DNA of 64,000 nt from Utricularia gibba (Eukaryota > Plantae > Magnoliophyta). The stretch is taken from positions 1,860,001 through 1,924,000 of the forward strand of contig NEEC01000007.1 in NCBI GenBank assembly GCA_002189035.1, read 5' to 3'. The position numbers and the translations under genes were made by a program. This document shows, one piece after another, positions 22,464 to 34,300 of this stretch (within the stretch, counting starts at the first letter, position 1; each line of letters starts with the position of its first letter). A model generated the notes under the pieces. That model was not told the DNA's origin. It saw only the letters and a program-made list of their open reading frames with translations, and made no database searches.

Positions 22464-25400
22464 TCATGAAACTAGCGCCCGCGCCCCACTTGCTGCTGCA
22501 GATAACAAACAAGTGATCCTCAATGATGAATCCTTCAAGATACAGGGGAGGTAGAAAGCAAAGCATAAGCATGCACCTACCAGCATACTATTTGAGCTGA
22601 AGTTGATGATGAAGGTTCGTATTTCCATGGGAGTAAGCTCCACAATGAGGCTTTTGGGGTCTACAGGCCCCCCTCTTGGCCTTGGGTTGGAGCCAGAGCC
22701 CTTCACCTTCCAAGTCAGTCTTTTCTTCTCCATTTGAGCTCTTTCTTGGTTCGCAGACAGGCTCATTTCCTTTAGTTCCTTTATCTGATGCCAAAACAAC
22801 CAGGCATTATCTCCATGTTTATTAGCGTAGCATGCTCTTCACCTCATTACCTTCTTAGTTGGGAAGAGTTTCTTCAAGTCTACGCTTGCCTTGGTTGATA
22901 AATCCTTGTCCTCACCATCCTAATCATGCAACCCATAAGTTAGTATTATGCACATGTATAGGAAAGGGGCCGTAGTTCCTTGTGTAAAACCTCATATAGA
23001 TGAGCCAGCCGCAAGAGAACACTTGTATCTTGAAGCTCCTGAGGCAACCAGATGAATGCTATCTTAAATGCAGCGGAAATTGAAACAAACCTCAAGGAAT
23101 AAATCATCTCTAGGCTACCTGGAGTGTTAATATTGCAATGTTTTCTGGCAGGTTATAAGACGAATCTACGCCTGAAAAAGTGGCAACTGGGAAACTCTCT
23201 GACTCATCCTGTCAAAACAGTCATCAGAAATTTAATTAAATATTGTGTGAGAAAATTCCTTTTGTCAAAATGTCTTTTTTTTATTCATCAAATTAATTGC
23301 TATTTGATTTTTTATATTGAAAATGCATGTTGTTTTGAATTTATTATTATAATACCTGTTTTTCATTTTATTGAAATGTATAATATTGTACATTAAAATA
23401 CATTAATTTATCTCTAATGTTGTGAATTATTATAGTCAAAAAAATATTGAATCAGATTAATTTTATTGAAAAAAATAATGATTAAAAAAATAAAAAAAAT
23501 CAAGAATTATAATATAGATCATGAATTGAGATTAATACTAAAAACTTGTATTTTTTAGTATGATCATATTTATGTTCACCCGATATCACTAAAATAAAGA
23601 AGTCAAATTTTTAAAAACTTTATAATTTAATAAAATAAAAATTAATCACATTCAAAATCTTTTTATAAATCAAAATAGTATCAAAAATCAATAAACGATT
23701 AACCTAATATACCACAAATTTCCTAATATTACAATTTTATTGCTATATTTTTTTTAATACATTTTCATTAATAAAAAATATAAAAATATATAATTATAAT
23801 ATTTTGTTAACATGTTAAATTTTCATGAATTAAATATAAAAATAAAACTGAAAATATTTCAAATTTGCTTTCAATTAAAATAATTCAATTTGAAAAAACT
23901 ATAGGTATTAATAATAATGGATTAATGTAAAAAGAATCATGAATTTACTATGATCATTATGTCATAAATTTTAATATAAACCATAAATTAAAATGAATAA
24001 TACAAATTTATCAATCTAAAATTGATCATATTTATACTCATCGAATATCGATAAAGTAAAAATTCGTATTAATAAAATTTCTATTTTTAAAAAATAAAAG
24101 TTTATCTCAAAAACGAATTTCAACTCAAAATATTTAAATAAATCAAAATGTTATTGATTTATAAAAATAATAACTAATTTGTGAAAACAATAAATAAAGT
24201 AAAGTAATTCAATTTTGAAAAACTATAAGTATTTTAATAACAATGAATTTATGTAAAAATAAATAAAAAACGCAGGTATTTTCACAAAAATATAAGAAAA
24301 CACAGATAGTTTAACAATAGTCATAAAATCACAGATATTTTGATAATAAAGGTATTTAGGTAAACTGGCCAAACATTCATTTATTACAGAAAAAAATAGG
24401 CGATGCTGTTGAGTTTTCTTAACGGAATAGATGGTTTCTTTGCTCACCAGCACAGCAAATGTAAGGAGAAATGGAGAGTATATCTTCTGACCCAATGACC
24501 GCCGCCATTTGGAACCTTCTCCAACTGGATCCAGTCGTATATAATACTTTCCTACCACCTGAAAAGACATTTCAAATCCTGCATTATGTTTACATATTAA
24601 TGTTGTCATCACTCTTCTCCTTTAGATTCTGCTTACAGTTAAACCAGAGCAGTTTCCATGGAAACAAACTTCCTCATTAAGGGGTTCTCCTACACCCCTA
24701 CCATCATCTTGAAGCAATCTCCTGCAAAAGAACTTCTGTCAGGCAAACAAGAACACATCTAATGGATGGTGTTGAAAGAAAAATGAAGGAACCTATGAAG
24801 CATTATCTCCAATTCCCCATCCAGAATGCTTGATCCACCCACTGATCTGTCCACCAAGACTGATAGCTCCAGTTGTTCATCCTTGATGTAAATTCCAAGA
24901 CTTACCTGAAGCAGAAGCAAAGTGGGGTTCACAATCTCTGTACATATGGCAGGAGAATGAACTTCAGCTTACTGGATAATAATTTCCAGCTATTGGCTGG
25001 TGCACTTCAAGGTCCCAATCAGGTCTATAATCACGAACCTGCGACGAAAACACAAGCAAATGCCATGCTTCAGTGGAAAATACAGCTTCTTTCTACCACA
25101 AAGATGGGTAGGAATTCATACTCGTTTAAGAAAATCACGCCCATTTGAGTCGGTATAAAATGTCTTGCTGCTTTGTATATCTGCTGTGATCTGCGAGACA
25201 ATTTCTTTACCAACTGCATCATCGACAGGTACAGGGCCGATCTACAATAAAATTTGAACAAGAATTTCCACACATGAGACTCCAATCACGAATATGCAGC
25301 ACATTGAATAACAGATTATTAGAGATAGATTAGACGTACGGTAAACTCCACTTCTGCATGGTCTGAATCCTTGTAAACTCTGGTAATCTAAGCAGAAGGA

Positions 25401-28400
25401 TTCAAATTTCAACGACTATAGAAAAGTGAGTTCATGGCATTTAATCAAGTTGGTGAGGCTGCTGCATCACCTGATATATCCAAGAGTTAATTTTCTGGTG
25501 AACTTCATCAAAGAGTGGCCCTCGGAATACTGTCAGTGTGCCCTACACCACACCAAAAATGAGGTTAATAAGGGATAAAGAAACTCAAGATGTTCAAAAT
25601 GGACAAAACATCTGATACCTTTTGATCAGGCTGGATAGGGTAAGTCCCATTTGGTCGGAAAATATATGCCCCAGAAGCCTTCAACCAGTGAGGGAATGTT
25701 ATATGCATTGTATAAAGAACCACTACAATCTGATTATGAAAAGCTCATTATGCTACCTGGGTATCTTCAGTTGTTCCATTAAAGCCAGCATAGTAGCTGT
25801 ATGATTGTGTCAGTGAAACGTTCACCTTCATTACGAAACAAGCATATCATGGAATAACAATGTAAAAACTATATAAAGAGTAATATCCAATGGTTGGATA
25901 TAGAATACACTTGATCTGCAAGGTGTTTCAGCCTACCTTGCTTTCCGTATTGATATACCGTGCTAGTTTTCCATCCATTTGAGAGTACATAAGGTTCACA
26001 TTACCAGAACCGATGACTATTTCACCTTCTTGACCCCCGTCAAACTCGTAACTAATTGTATTCACTGAAGTAGAACCTGTACATGTGAAATATGATGGAA
26101 AATTTACAGTTACTGCAGTCCTGTGCTTTCTCATTATCATAATACATATGAAATCCCCCAAAAAACAAAAACAAAAAAAAAAAAACTCTAGTGTACCGGC
26201 AGAGATGATGTAGTAGGTGATGAAACCCAAGGCAGGAACAGTGGCGGTGAATGAGAGCGAATAAATTGGTGTAGTATCAAGTGTTCCAGTATATGCATTT
26301 CTCTGTGCTAACAAAGCATCAACAATAGGAAGCACCTGCACCGGGATTGTATTTCCCACAGAATCTCTGACTTTTGCATTCCCGTTTACGACCTGTATAA
26401 AGATTAACCAGAGTCATTTGCTGATAAGTATGCACTTGACTGCTCCTAGTGTAAAATGAACATAAGATAACATAAGGAAGCAAGACAACTGAGCTGTTGA
26501 AGACTATAAATCAGAGGCAGAAACGCTCACAGGAATCCTCACTACTTCCGTTCTCTTCCATCCCAGAGGATTGTAAACCACAACAGCCTGACAGCATGAA
26601 AAGGTTCTCGCATTATAAAATTTTCTCGATTTAATACTCAACTCTTAAGTCACCTACGATAGAAAGGACTTTCACTCACAATTTTTTTCCCCTTAGAAAG
26701 ATCAACTTCTGTTGCAGGACAATAACTTATATTCAGAAGAGGGCACTGGATGCAAGACAAGATGGCATCAGCAGTACAACAAAAACCGAGTGCACTTAAT
26801 TATCTTGCTCTTTCAAAAGAAGTACAGCATACTGCAAAGAAATGATATATGCAAAACTAAATCCCTTGCCTGTTCAAGTTTCGTATTTGGACTCCTGGAT
26901 CCTGAAGATGATGCTGTTTTTGTCAAAAGACTGAGAGAAGCCTCAACAACAGCAGCGGACTGGATGGATTTCAGAAACAGCAGTGTTTTACCAGAAATAT
27001 AAAAAATGAAATCTTTCTTTAAAAAATGAAAAAGCAGATTTTGGAAAAGTGCTACCTCCTGGTAGCCTATGGAAAGCCTTTTTGCGTAGTCATAGGCAAC
27101 ATGCTGCTGCTCAGTCCCTTAGTTGCATCGAAGTATAGAGATAAATAATAAAATCACATGAAAGCCATTTGGAATATTCTTTATGTAAATGTGGCGTCCA
27201 AACCTGAAACTGCATCATGGTGTTGCGAAAGTGCCATAGCATCAGCCAAGGAATCAGTTGTAGATGCTGATATGTTCCTTCCAACAAAAAACTCCAGCTG
27301 CCTAGCTGCCTATCGAAGCATATATTTTAAGTTTACTTAGTTTCAAACCAGGAATGAATGTTCATGGTCAAATAAAGATGCAGAGGTTTTAATGGTGCAC
27401 ACTAACCAAAAAGTAGGCACTCATGATTCTAACATAACGTTTGAGAGCTGGTCTACTTGTAAAGTATCCAGTCCAGTAAGCATTTACACCGTCAGCGTAT
27501 CTGAAATAATGGATTCCCAAGTTATTATGCCAGACTGATGCCTTCTTATTTCTATCAAGCAGCGGCAAGCATTAAGAGGGCTCACGGGAAAAAGTCATCA
27601 GTTTTAAGGGGCCAGGACTCATTTGCAGCATATTTTGCATCAGTATAAAATGATGGTGTTGAGTACAGAGCATTGACGCGTCCATCCTGAAATTAGAGTA
27701 AAGGCATCCATATGCTAAAACACGTACAAAAAAACTTCACAAAGACTTATCTGCGTGTATTCTTGAGATGTCGCATCTTACCAAGTTTACATAGTGTATG
27801 AGCTTGTCCATATTTCTAAACCATGAGTTTGCATATTGATACTGGAAATCAGTTCCCATGGTCCACATAACATGATTTGAGCGGGTAACATTAGCCTGGT
27901 ACAAATAATCAAGAAGGTTAGTTAGATGCTTGGTGCAAGTGATGATTTCCTCAAATTGTGTACTTGTAAGAAAAGTTAACCTGAGCGATGGCAGCAGCTA
28001 CGAAATCATTGACACGGTCATAGACGTTGTAATCAAATAGATCAATATCATCCTTCAACGGAACATAGAAAAGTTCAATAACATAGAAAGATCTAGAATC
28101 CCAATTAGCCTTCAAAGGCAAGTACCTGAACAACAGGGGATTCATCATTGATTTCAAAGTAAAAACTCTCAGGTGGTTCATAGTTCCCCGCGTGGAAAGC
28201 CCCAGAAAATATCTGAAGTAAAAATTCACATTGAGTTATTTTCTTGAGGAAATGCGACATACCGATGACTAAAAACAATGAAAGCTGCAGTTAAAACTCT
28301 GCAACTTGGGAATAACCTGAGATGAAGAACCTAGAGACTTGGATCCCTGCCAAATAAACTCAAGCTTCTTGTCGCTTGTCCTATTTGCTCTATCTTGGTA

Positions 28401-29539
28401 ATCAATACGAGCAAAATATAGAGCATCAAACCCAACCTCAAACAACAAAAAAAACCTTCATTTAGGATATGTACATTCTGAAAAAAAGTTATTAGCACCT
28501 GGCACAGATCACAATATGATGCATTGATCGCATTGATCGAGTTTGTGTTCAGATAAGTACCTCAGCTGCTAAAAGATAAGCCTGAACAGCTGAATGCCCA
28601 AAAGGGTCAATTTGCCACCCAATTCTAGGAGTCACGCTGAATTCCTCTTTCAGAAATCGATGGCCTAAAGTTGTTTGGTCAATCATGTCTATGTAATGCA
28701 CTGTTGCCTCGTCATGCATGCATATACCACCATTTCTGCATATACAATTGGAAAACAAAAGAAACGCAATGTGAAAGGGAGTAACCATCTTGTTACTTAC
28801 ACAAATGCATCAGAACAGAACAGCTGTTTAAGATCACAGGAAAAAAAAAATCACTTCGGATAGAAACTAGCACGTTTACTTTACGGGCAAAAAGAAAGAA
28901 TTTAGTACATGAACTCGAGTTGACCGGCGTTTACTAGCGTTCTCACGACACTCTTTGTATCTTCACTCTGCTCATTCCACCAACGCTTAAAATATGCCTT
29001 CACCATATGAAAACCAGAAGAAAATTAGCATCATTCGTATTACTTAAATAGCAACCAAACGAACCTACTATAAGGATGGAAATATTCACCATTTCAACAT
29101 AGACAAATTTTCGGCTTTTGTCAGCTAATAATGCGGGTATCAGCGAGTCCAGAACATTCTGCACACATGCTCCCTGCACAAATTCCTCATACCTTGAATT
29201 CAAAGACAATTCTAAAAGGTTTGAATCCCTTATCACGCACATTGTAGTCACAAAAACCGGAAAACTACAGCGTAGACTACACACAAAAAATGAGCTATCA
29301 GAGACATACTCTTTGTGAAAATGAGACATATGAATAAGTACCTGAATCGAATTATTCAGCCCAGCATAATACTGATCAACGGTCTTCAACCATCCAACAT
29401 CATCGTGGGTATGGGGGACCAAATGCACATTAATCTTCCCAGAGACAATACCTTGAGAAGTGTTGTAAACCATATACTTCCCCTCCACCAAAACACATAA
29501 TGCACAGACGATCCATGAAAAAACCCACAACCCCATCAT
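22464..29539 (-). CDS. GH38 (class II, vacuolar-type) alpha-mannosidase, copy A; multi-exon, frame intact in all exons read; exact last codon uncertain
   Basis: Signal peptide, [25 protein letters not shown] (nucleophile), [39 protein letters not shown]. Confidence 0.92.
23220..24375. mobile_element. ~1.15 kb very AT-rich insertion in an intron of mannosidase copy A
   Basis: Absent at the orthologous position of copy B (~32060). Flanked by AAACA on both sides; contains imperfect internal direct repeats. Confidence 0.6.
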
Positions 29540-30081
29540 CGCTGCAGCTTCTCCACTAAATCGACCAGCTCGAGTAGAACCCAGAACTCAAATCGAAATG
29601 CAGATGAAGAGACTGCACTGTGCTGTCACTTCCACCCCAACAAACTGATCATGGATAAACCAGAACCGTCTCCAGTGCGTTAAAACCTTTTCACTTTACG
29701 CCACTTTACCGAGGGTAACATTATAAATGGATTGAGTTCGGCCATCCCTAGATTTTGACCTTATCGGGGTTGTCGGGGTTGCTTATGCGGAGCACCGTGC
29801 TTGGACCACACCTCCCACCATAGCCAAGGGACCTCAGTCACCTGGGCGAGCAACACAAAGTTTCAGGTGGGCCGTTCCTACGTCCACTTCACACGATTCC
29901 TCATAAAGACAAAAAAAGAAACCATCCCTCTGTTTGGAAATCCGATCACAACATCAAACTGATCAAATTCAGTTTGAAACCTGATGGCATCTGAGTTTGA
30001 CCGATCAAGATATGCCATGCATGATTCTACAGACAGACCCAGGAGGCAACTTTCCCGTATGAGCATTCGGTACATAATCAG

Positions 30082-30380
30082 AAAAGTGGCCACCTTCTTC
30101 TCTCACTTGTGTGTGACAAAAATTGTCACTGTGTGTTTTTCTTTCTAAAATTGGCCACCTTAACATTAAAAAAAAAACATATAATATACATTATATTGGT
30201 CCCATGTATGAGTCCATGGAAGAGTGAAAATGGTCACCACTACTACCTAATCTTAGATAGGTCGTTAGGGTTTGTCGCGGAGATAATTAGAAAAGTTGCC
30301 ACCTTCTCACATGTGTCTTAACAAAAGTGGCCACTGTGTGTTTTTCTTCGTAAAATTGGCCACCTTAACATTAAAAAAAA
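30082..30380. repeat. ~90-bp imperfect direct repeat pair rich in GGCCACC, at the duplication junction
   Basis: AAAAG(T/T)(G/T)GCCACCTT...CACTGTGTGTTTT...AAAATTGGCCACCTTAACATTAAAAAAAA at 30082-30177 and 30291-30380. Confidence 0.7.
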
Positions 30381-30438
30381 TGTAATATATATTAATATGT
30401 GTATATATAAGTTTTTAATTTTTTACAAAATAATTATT

Positions 30439-30566
30439 TGCTCAGAAAGAACTCGACCTCGAAAACTAGAATAGCAGGAAAGCTATCAAGACTTGGTGCG
30501 CGAAGCTAGGAGTTTGATGGCAAGAGTAACCCAGACCGAGTTTCCTCAAATCAATTGTAGATTAGA
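30439..30566 (+). pseudogene. 128-bp duplicated fragment of the UVSSA 3' end
   Basis: Colinear with 22243-22370 (TGCTCAGAAAGAACTC...TAGGAGTTTGATGG...TAGATTAGA). Confidence 0.88.
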
Positions 30567-31300
30567 GCATCTTTACTTATTTTCAAAAATGTTGATGTGA
30601 CATTTTTAAAAATTTACGAAATTGAGTAAACTTGTTTCTTATTTTTTCCGGAAACAAAAATAAGAAAACTCGTTTATTTTCGGAAATAATTTAAAATGTA
30701 ATTTATAATATTTATTTTAATATTACGATTTTCGGAAATGTATATAAACATAACAAAAACTTAATAACTCAATTTACGAAAATACTATGTCTGCATTTTC
30801 GTAAATGAATAAATATATTATTAAATGATGCATTCTCTATTCTTGTGTCTTGATGTGTGATGGTTGTACATGTGCATTACAGATGTGAAATAAGACATCA
30901 TAATCATGAGGCTAAGGATGGGGTGAATTTGAAAAATAATTATTTTATTATTATTGTATGTGAAAAATAACTATTCTAAATGTAAAATTTTGATGTCACT
31001 ATGTGAAAAAATTTCAGGATGGTTACTTTTCAAAATGGTCCCGAAGATGACCTATTTACTCTGTTGGCTTAGTGTCTGGCTAACACGTGCATCCACTTGC
31101 TCCCTATTGAGATTTACATGTCATTGTTATGTTTAGACTTATTGATTCATCTGAAACACAGAAATACAGCGGAGAAACAAACTGTAACCTTCCACAGCCT
31201 AACACGAAGAACAGAGACATTAACCAGTCTCAACTGATAGGAAAGCAGTGGATGTGAATCCTTATTACATGGATTGTTATTCTTCCACGTTTACTCTTCT

Positions 31301-34300
31301 TCATGAAACTAGCGCTCCACTTGCTGCTGCAGATAACAAACAAGTGATCCTCAATGATGAATCCTTCAAGATACAGGGGAGGTAGAAAGCAAAGCATAAG
31401 CATGCACCTACCAGCATACTATTTGAGCTGAAGTTGATGATGAAGGTTCGTATTTCCATGGGAGTAAGCTCCACAATGAGGCTTTTGGGGTCTACAGGCC
31501 CCCTCTTGGCCTTGGGTTGGAGCCAGAGCCCTTCACCTTCCAAGTCAGTCTTTTCTTCTCCATTTGAGCTCTTTCTTGGTTCGCAGACAGGCTCATTTCC
31601 TTTAGTTCCTTTATCTGATGCCAAAACAACCAGGCATTATCTCCATGTTTATTAGCGTAGCATGCTCTTCACCTCATTACCTTCTTAGTTGGGAAGAGTT
31701 TCTTCAAGTCTACGCTTGCCTTGGTTGATAAATCCTTGTCCTCACCATCCTAATCATGCAACCCATAAGTTAGTATTATGCACATGTATAGGAAAGGGGC
31801 CGTAGTTCCTTGTGTAAAACCTCATATAGATGAGCCAGCCGCAAGAGAACACTTGTATCTTGAAGCTCCTGAGGCAACCAGATGAATGCTATCTTAAATG
31901 CAGAGGAAATTGAAACAAACCTCAAGGAATATATCATCTCTTCTTTTTTATCCAATAAGCTACCTGGAGTGTTAATATTGCAATGTTTTCAGGCACGTTA
32001 TAAGACGAATCTATGCCTGAAAAAGTGGCAACTGGGAAACTCTCTGGCTCTTCCTGTCAAAACATTCATGTATTACAGGAAAAAAAAAACGATGCTGTTG
32101 AGTTTTCTTAACAGAATAGAGAGGTTTCCTTGCTCACCAGCACAGCAAAGGTAAGGAGAAATGGAGAGTATATCTCCTGACCAAATGACCGTCGCCATTT
32201 GGAACCTTCTCCAACTGGATCCAGTCGTATATAATACTTTCCTACCACCTGAAAAGACATTTCAAATCCTGCATTATGTTTACATATTAATGTTGTCAAC
32301 ACTCTTCTCCTTTGGAGTCTGCTTACAGTTAAACCAGAGCAGTTTCCATGGAAACAAACTTCCTCATTAAGGGCTTCACCTACACCCCTACCATCATCAT
32401 GAAGCAATCTCCTGCAAAAGAGCGCCGTCTGTCAGGCGAACAAGAACACATCTAATGAATGGTGTTGAAAGAAAAATGAACCTATGAAGCATTATCTCCA
32501 ATTCTCCATCCAGAATGCTTGATCCACCCACTGATCGATCCACCAAGACTGATAGCTCCAGTTTTTCATCCTTGATGTAAATTCCAAGATTTACCTGAAG
32601 CAGAAACAAAGTGGGGTTCACAATCTGTGTACATATGGCAGGAGAATGAACTTCAACTTACCGGATAATAATTTCCAGCTATTGGCTGGTTCACTTCAAG
32701 GTCCCAATCAGTCCTGTAATCACGAACCTGCGACAAAAATAAGCAAATGCCATGCTTCAATGGAAAATGCAGCTTCTACCACAAACATAGGTAGGAATTC
32801 ATACTCGTTTAAGAAAGTCACGCCCATTTGAGTCAGTATAAAATGTCTTGCTGCTTTCTATATCTGTTGTGATCTGCGAGACAATTTCTTTACCAACTGC
32901 ATCATTGGCAGGTATAGGGCCGACCTACAATAAAATTTGAACAAGAATTTCCACACATGAGACTCCAATCACGAATATGCAGCACATTGAATAACAGATT
33001 ATTAGAGATAGAGAGACGTACGGTAAACTCCACTTCTGCATGGTCTGAATCCTTGTAAACTCTGGTAATCTAAGCAGAAGGATTCAAATTTCAACGACTA
33101 TAGAAAAGTGATGTCATGAAATTTAATCAAGTTAGTGAGGCAGCTGCATCACCTGATATATCCAAGAGTTAATTTTCTGGTGAACTTCGTCAAAGAGCGG
33201 CCCTCGGAATACTGTCAGTGGCACCTACACCACACCAAAAATGAGGTTAATAAGCGATAAAGAAACTTAAGTTGTTCAAAATGGACAGCACATCTGATAC
33301 CTTTCGATCAGGCTCAATAGGGTAAGTCCCATTCGGTCGGAAAACATATGCCCCAGAAGCCTTCAACCAGTGAGGGAATGTTATATGCATTGTATAAAGC
33401 ACCACTATAATCTGATCATGAAACGTTCATTATTTTACCTGGGTATCTTCAGTTGTTCCATTAAAGCCAGCATAATAACTGTATGATTGTGTCAGTGAAA
33501 CGTCCACCTTCATTACGAAACAAGCATATCATGGAATAATAATGTAAAAACTACGTAAAGAGTAATATCCAATGGTTGGATATAGAATACACTTGGTCTG
33601 CAAGATGTTTCAGCCTACCTTGCTTTTCCTATTGATATACCGTGTTAGTTTTCCATCCTTTTCAGAGTATATAAGGTTCACATTACCAGAACCGATGACT
33701 ATTTCACCTTCTTGACTCCCGTCAAACTTGTAATTTATTGTATTCACTGAAGTAGAACCTGTACGTGCGAAATATGATGGAACATTTACAGTTACTGCAG
33801 TCCTAGTGCTTTCTCATTATCATCATACATATGAAATCCCACAAAAAAAACCCCCTGGTATACCGGCAGAGATGATGTAGTAGGTGTTGAAACCCAAGGC
33901 AGGAACAGTGGCGGTGAATGAGAGTGAATAAATTGGGTAGTAGTATCAAGTTTTCCAGTATATGCATTTCTTTGTGCTAACAAAGCATCAACGATAGGAA
34001 GCACCTGAACCGGGATCATATTTCCCACAGAATCTCTAACTTTTGCATTCCCGTTTACGACCTGTATAAAGATTAACCAGAGTCATTTGCTGATAAGTAT
34101 GCACTTGACTGCTCCTAGTGTAAAATGAACATAAGATAACATAAGGAAGCAAGACAACTGAGCTGTTGAAGACTATAAATCAGAGGCAGAAACGCTCACA
34201 GGAATCCTCACTACTTCCGTTCTCTTCCATCCCAGAGGATTGTAAACCACAACAGCCTGACAGCATGAAAAGGTTCTCGCATTATAAAATTTTCTCGATT

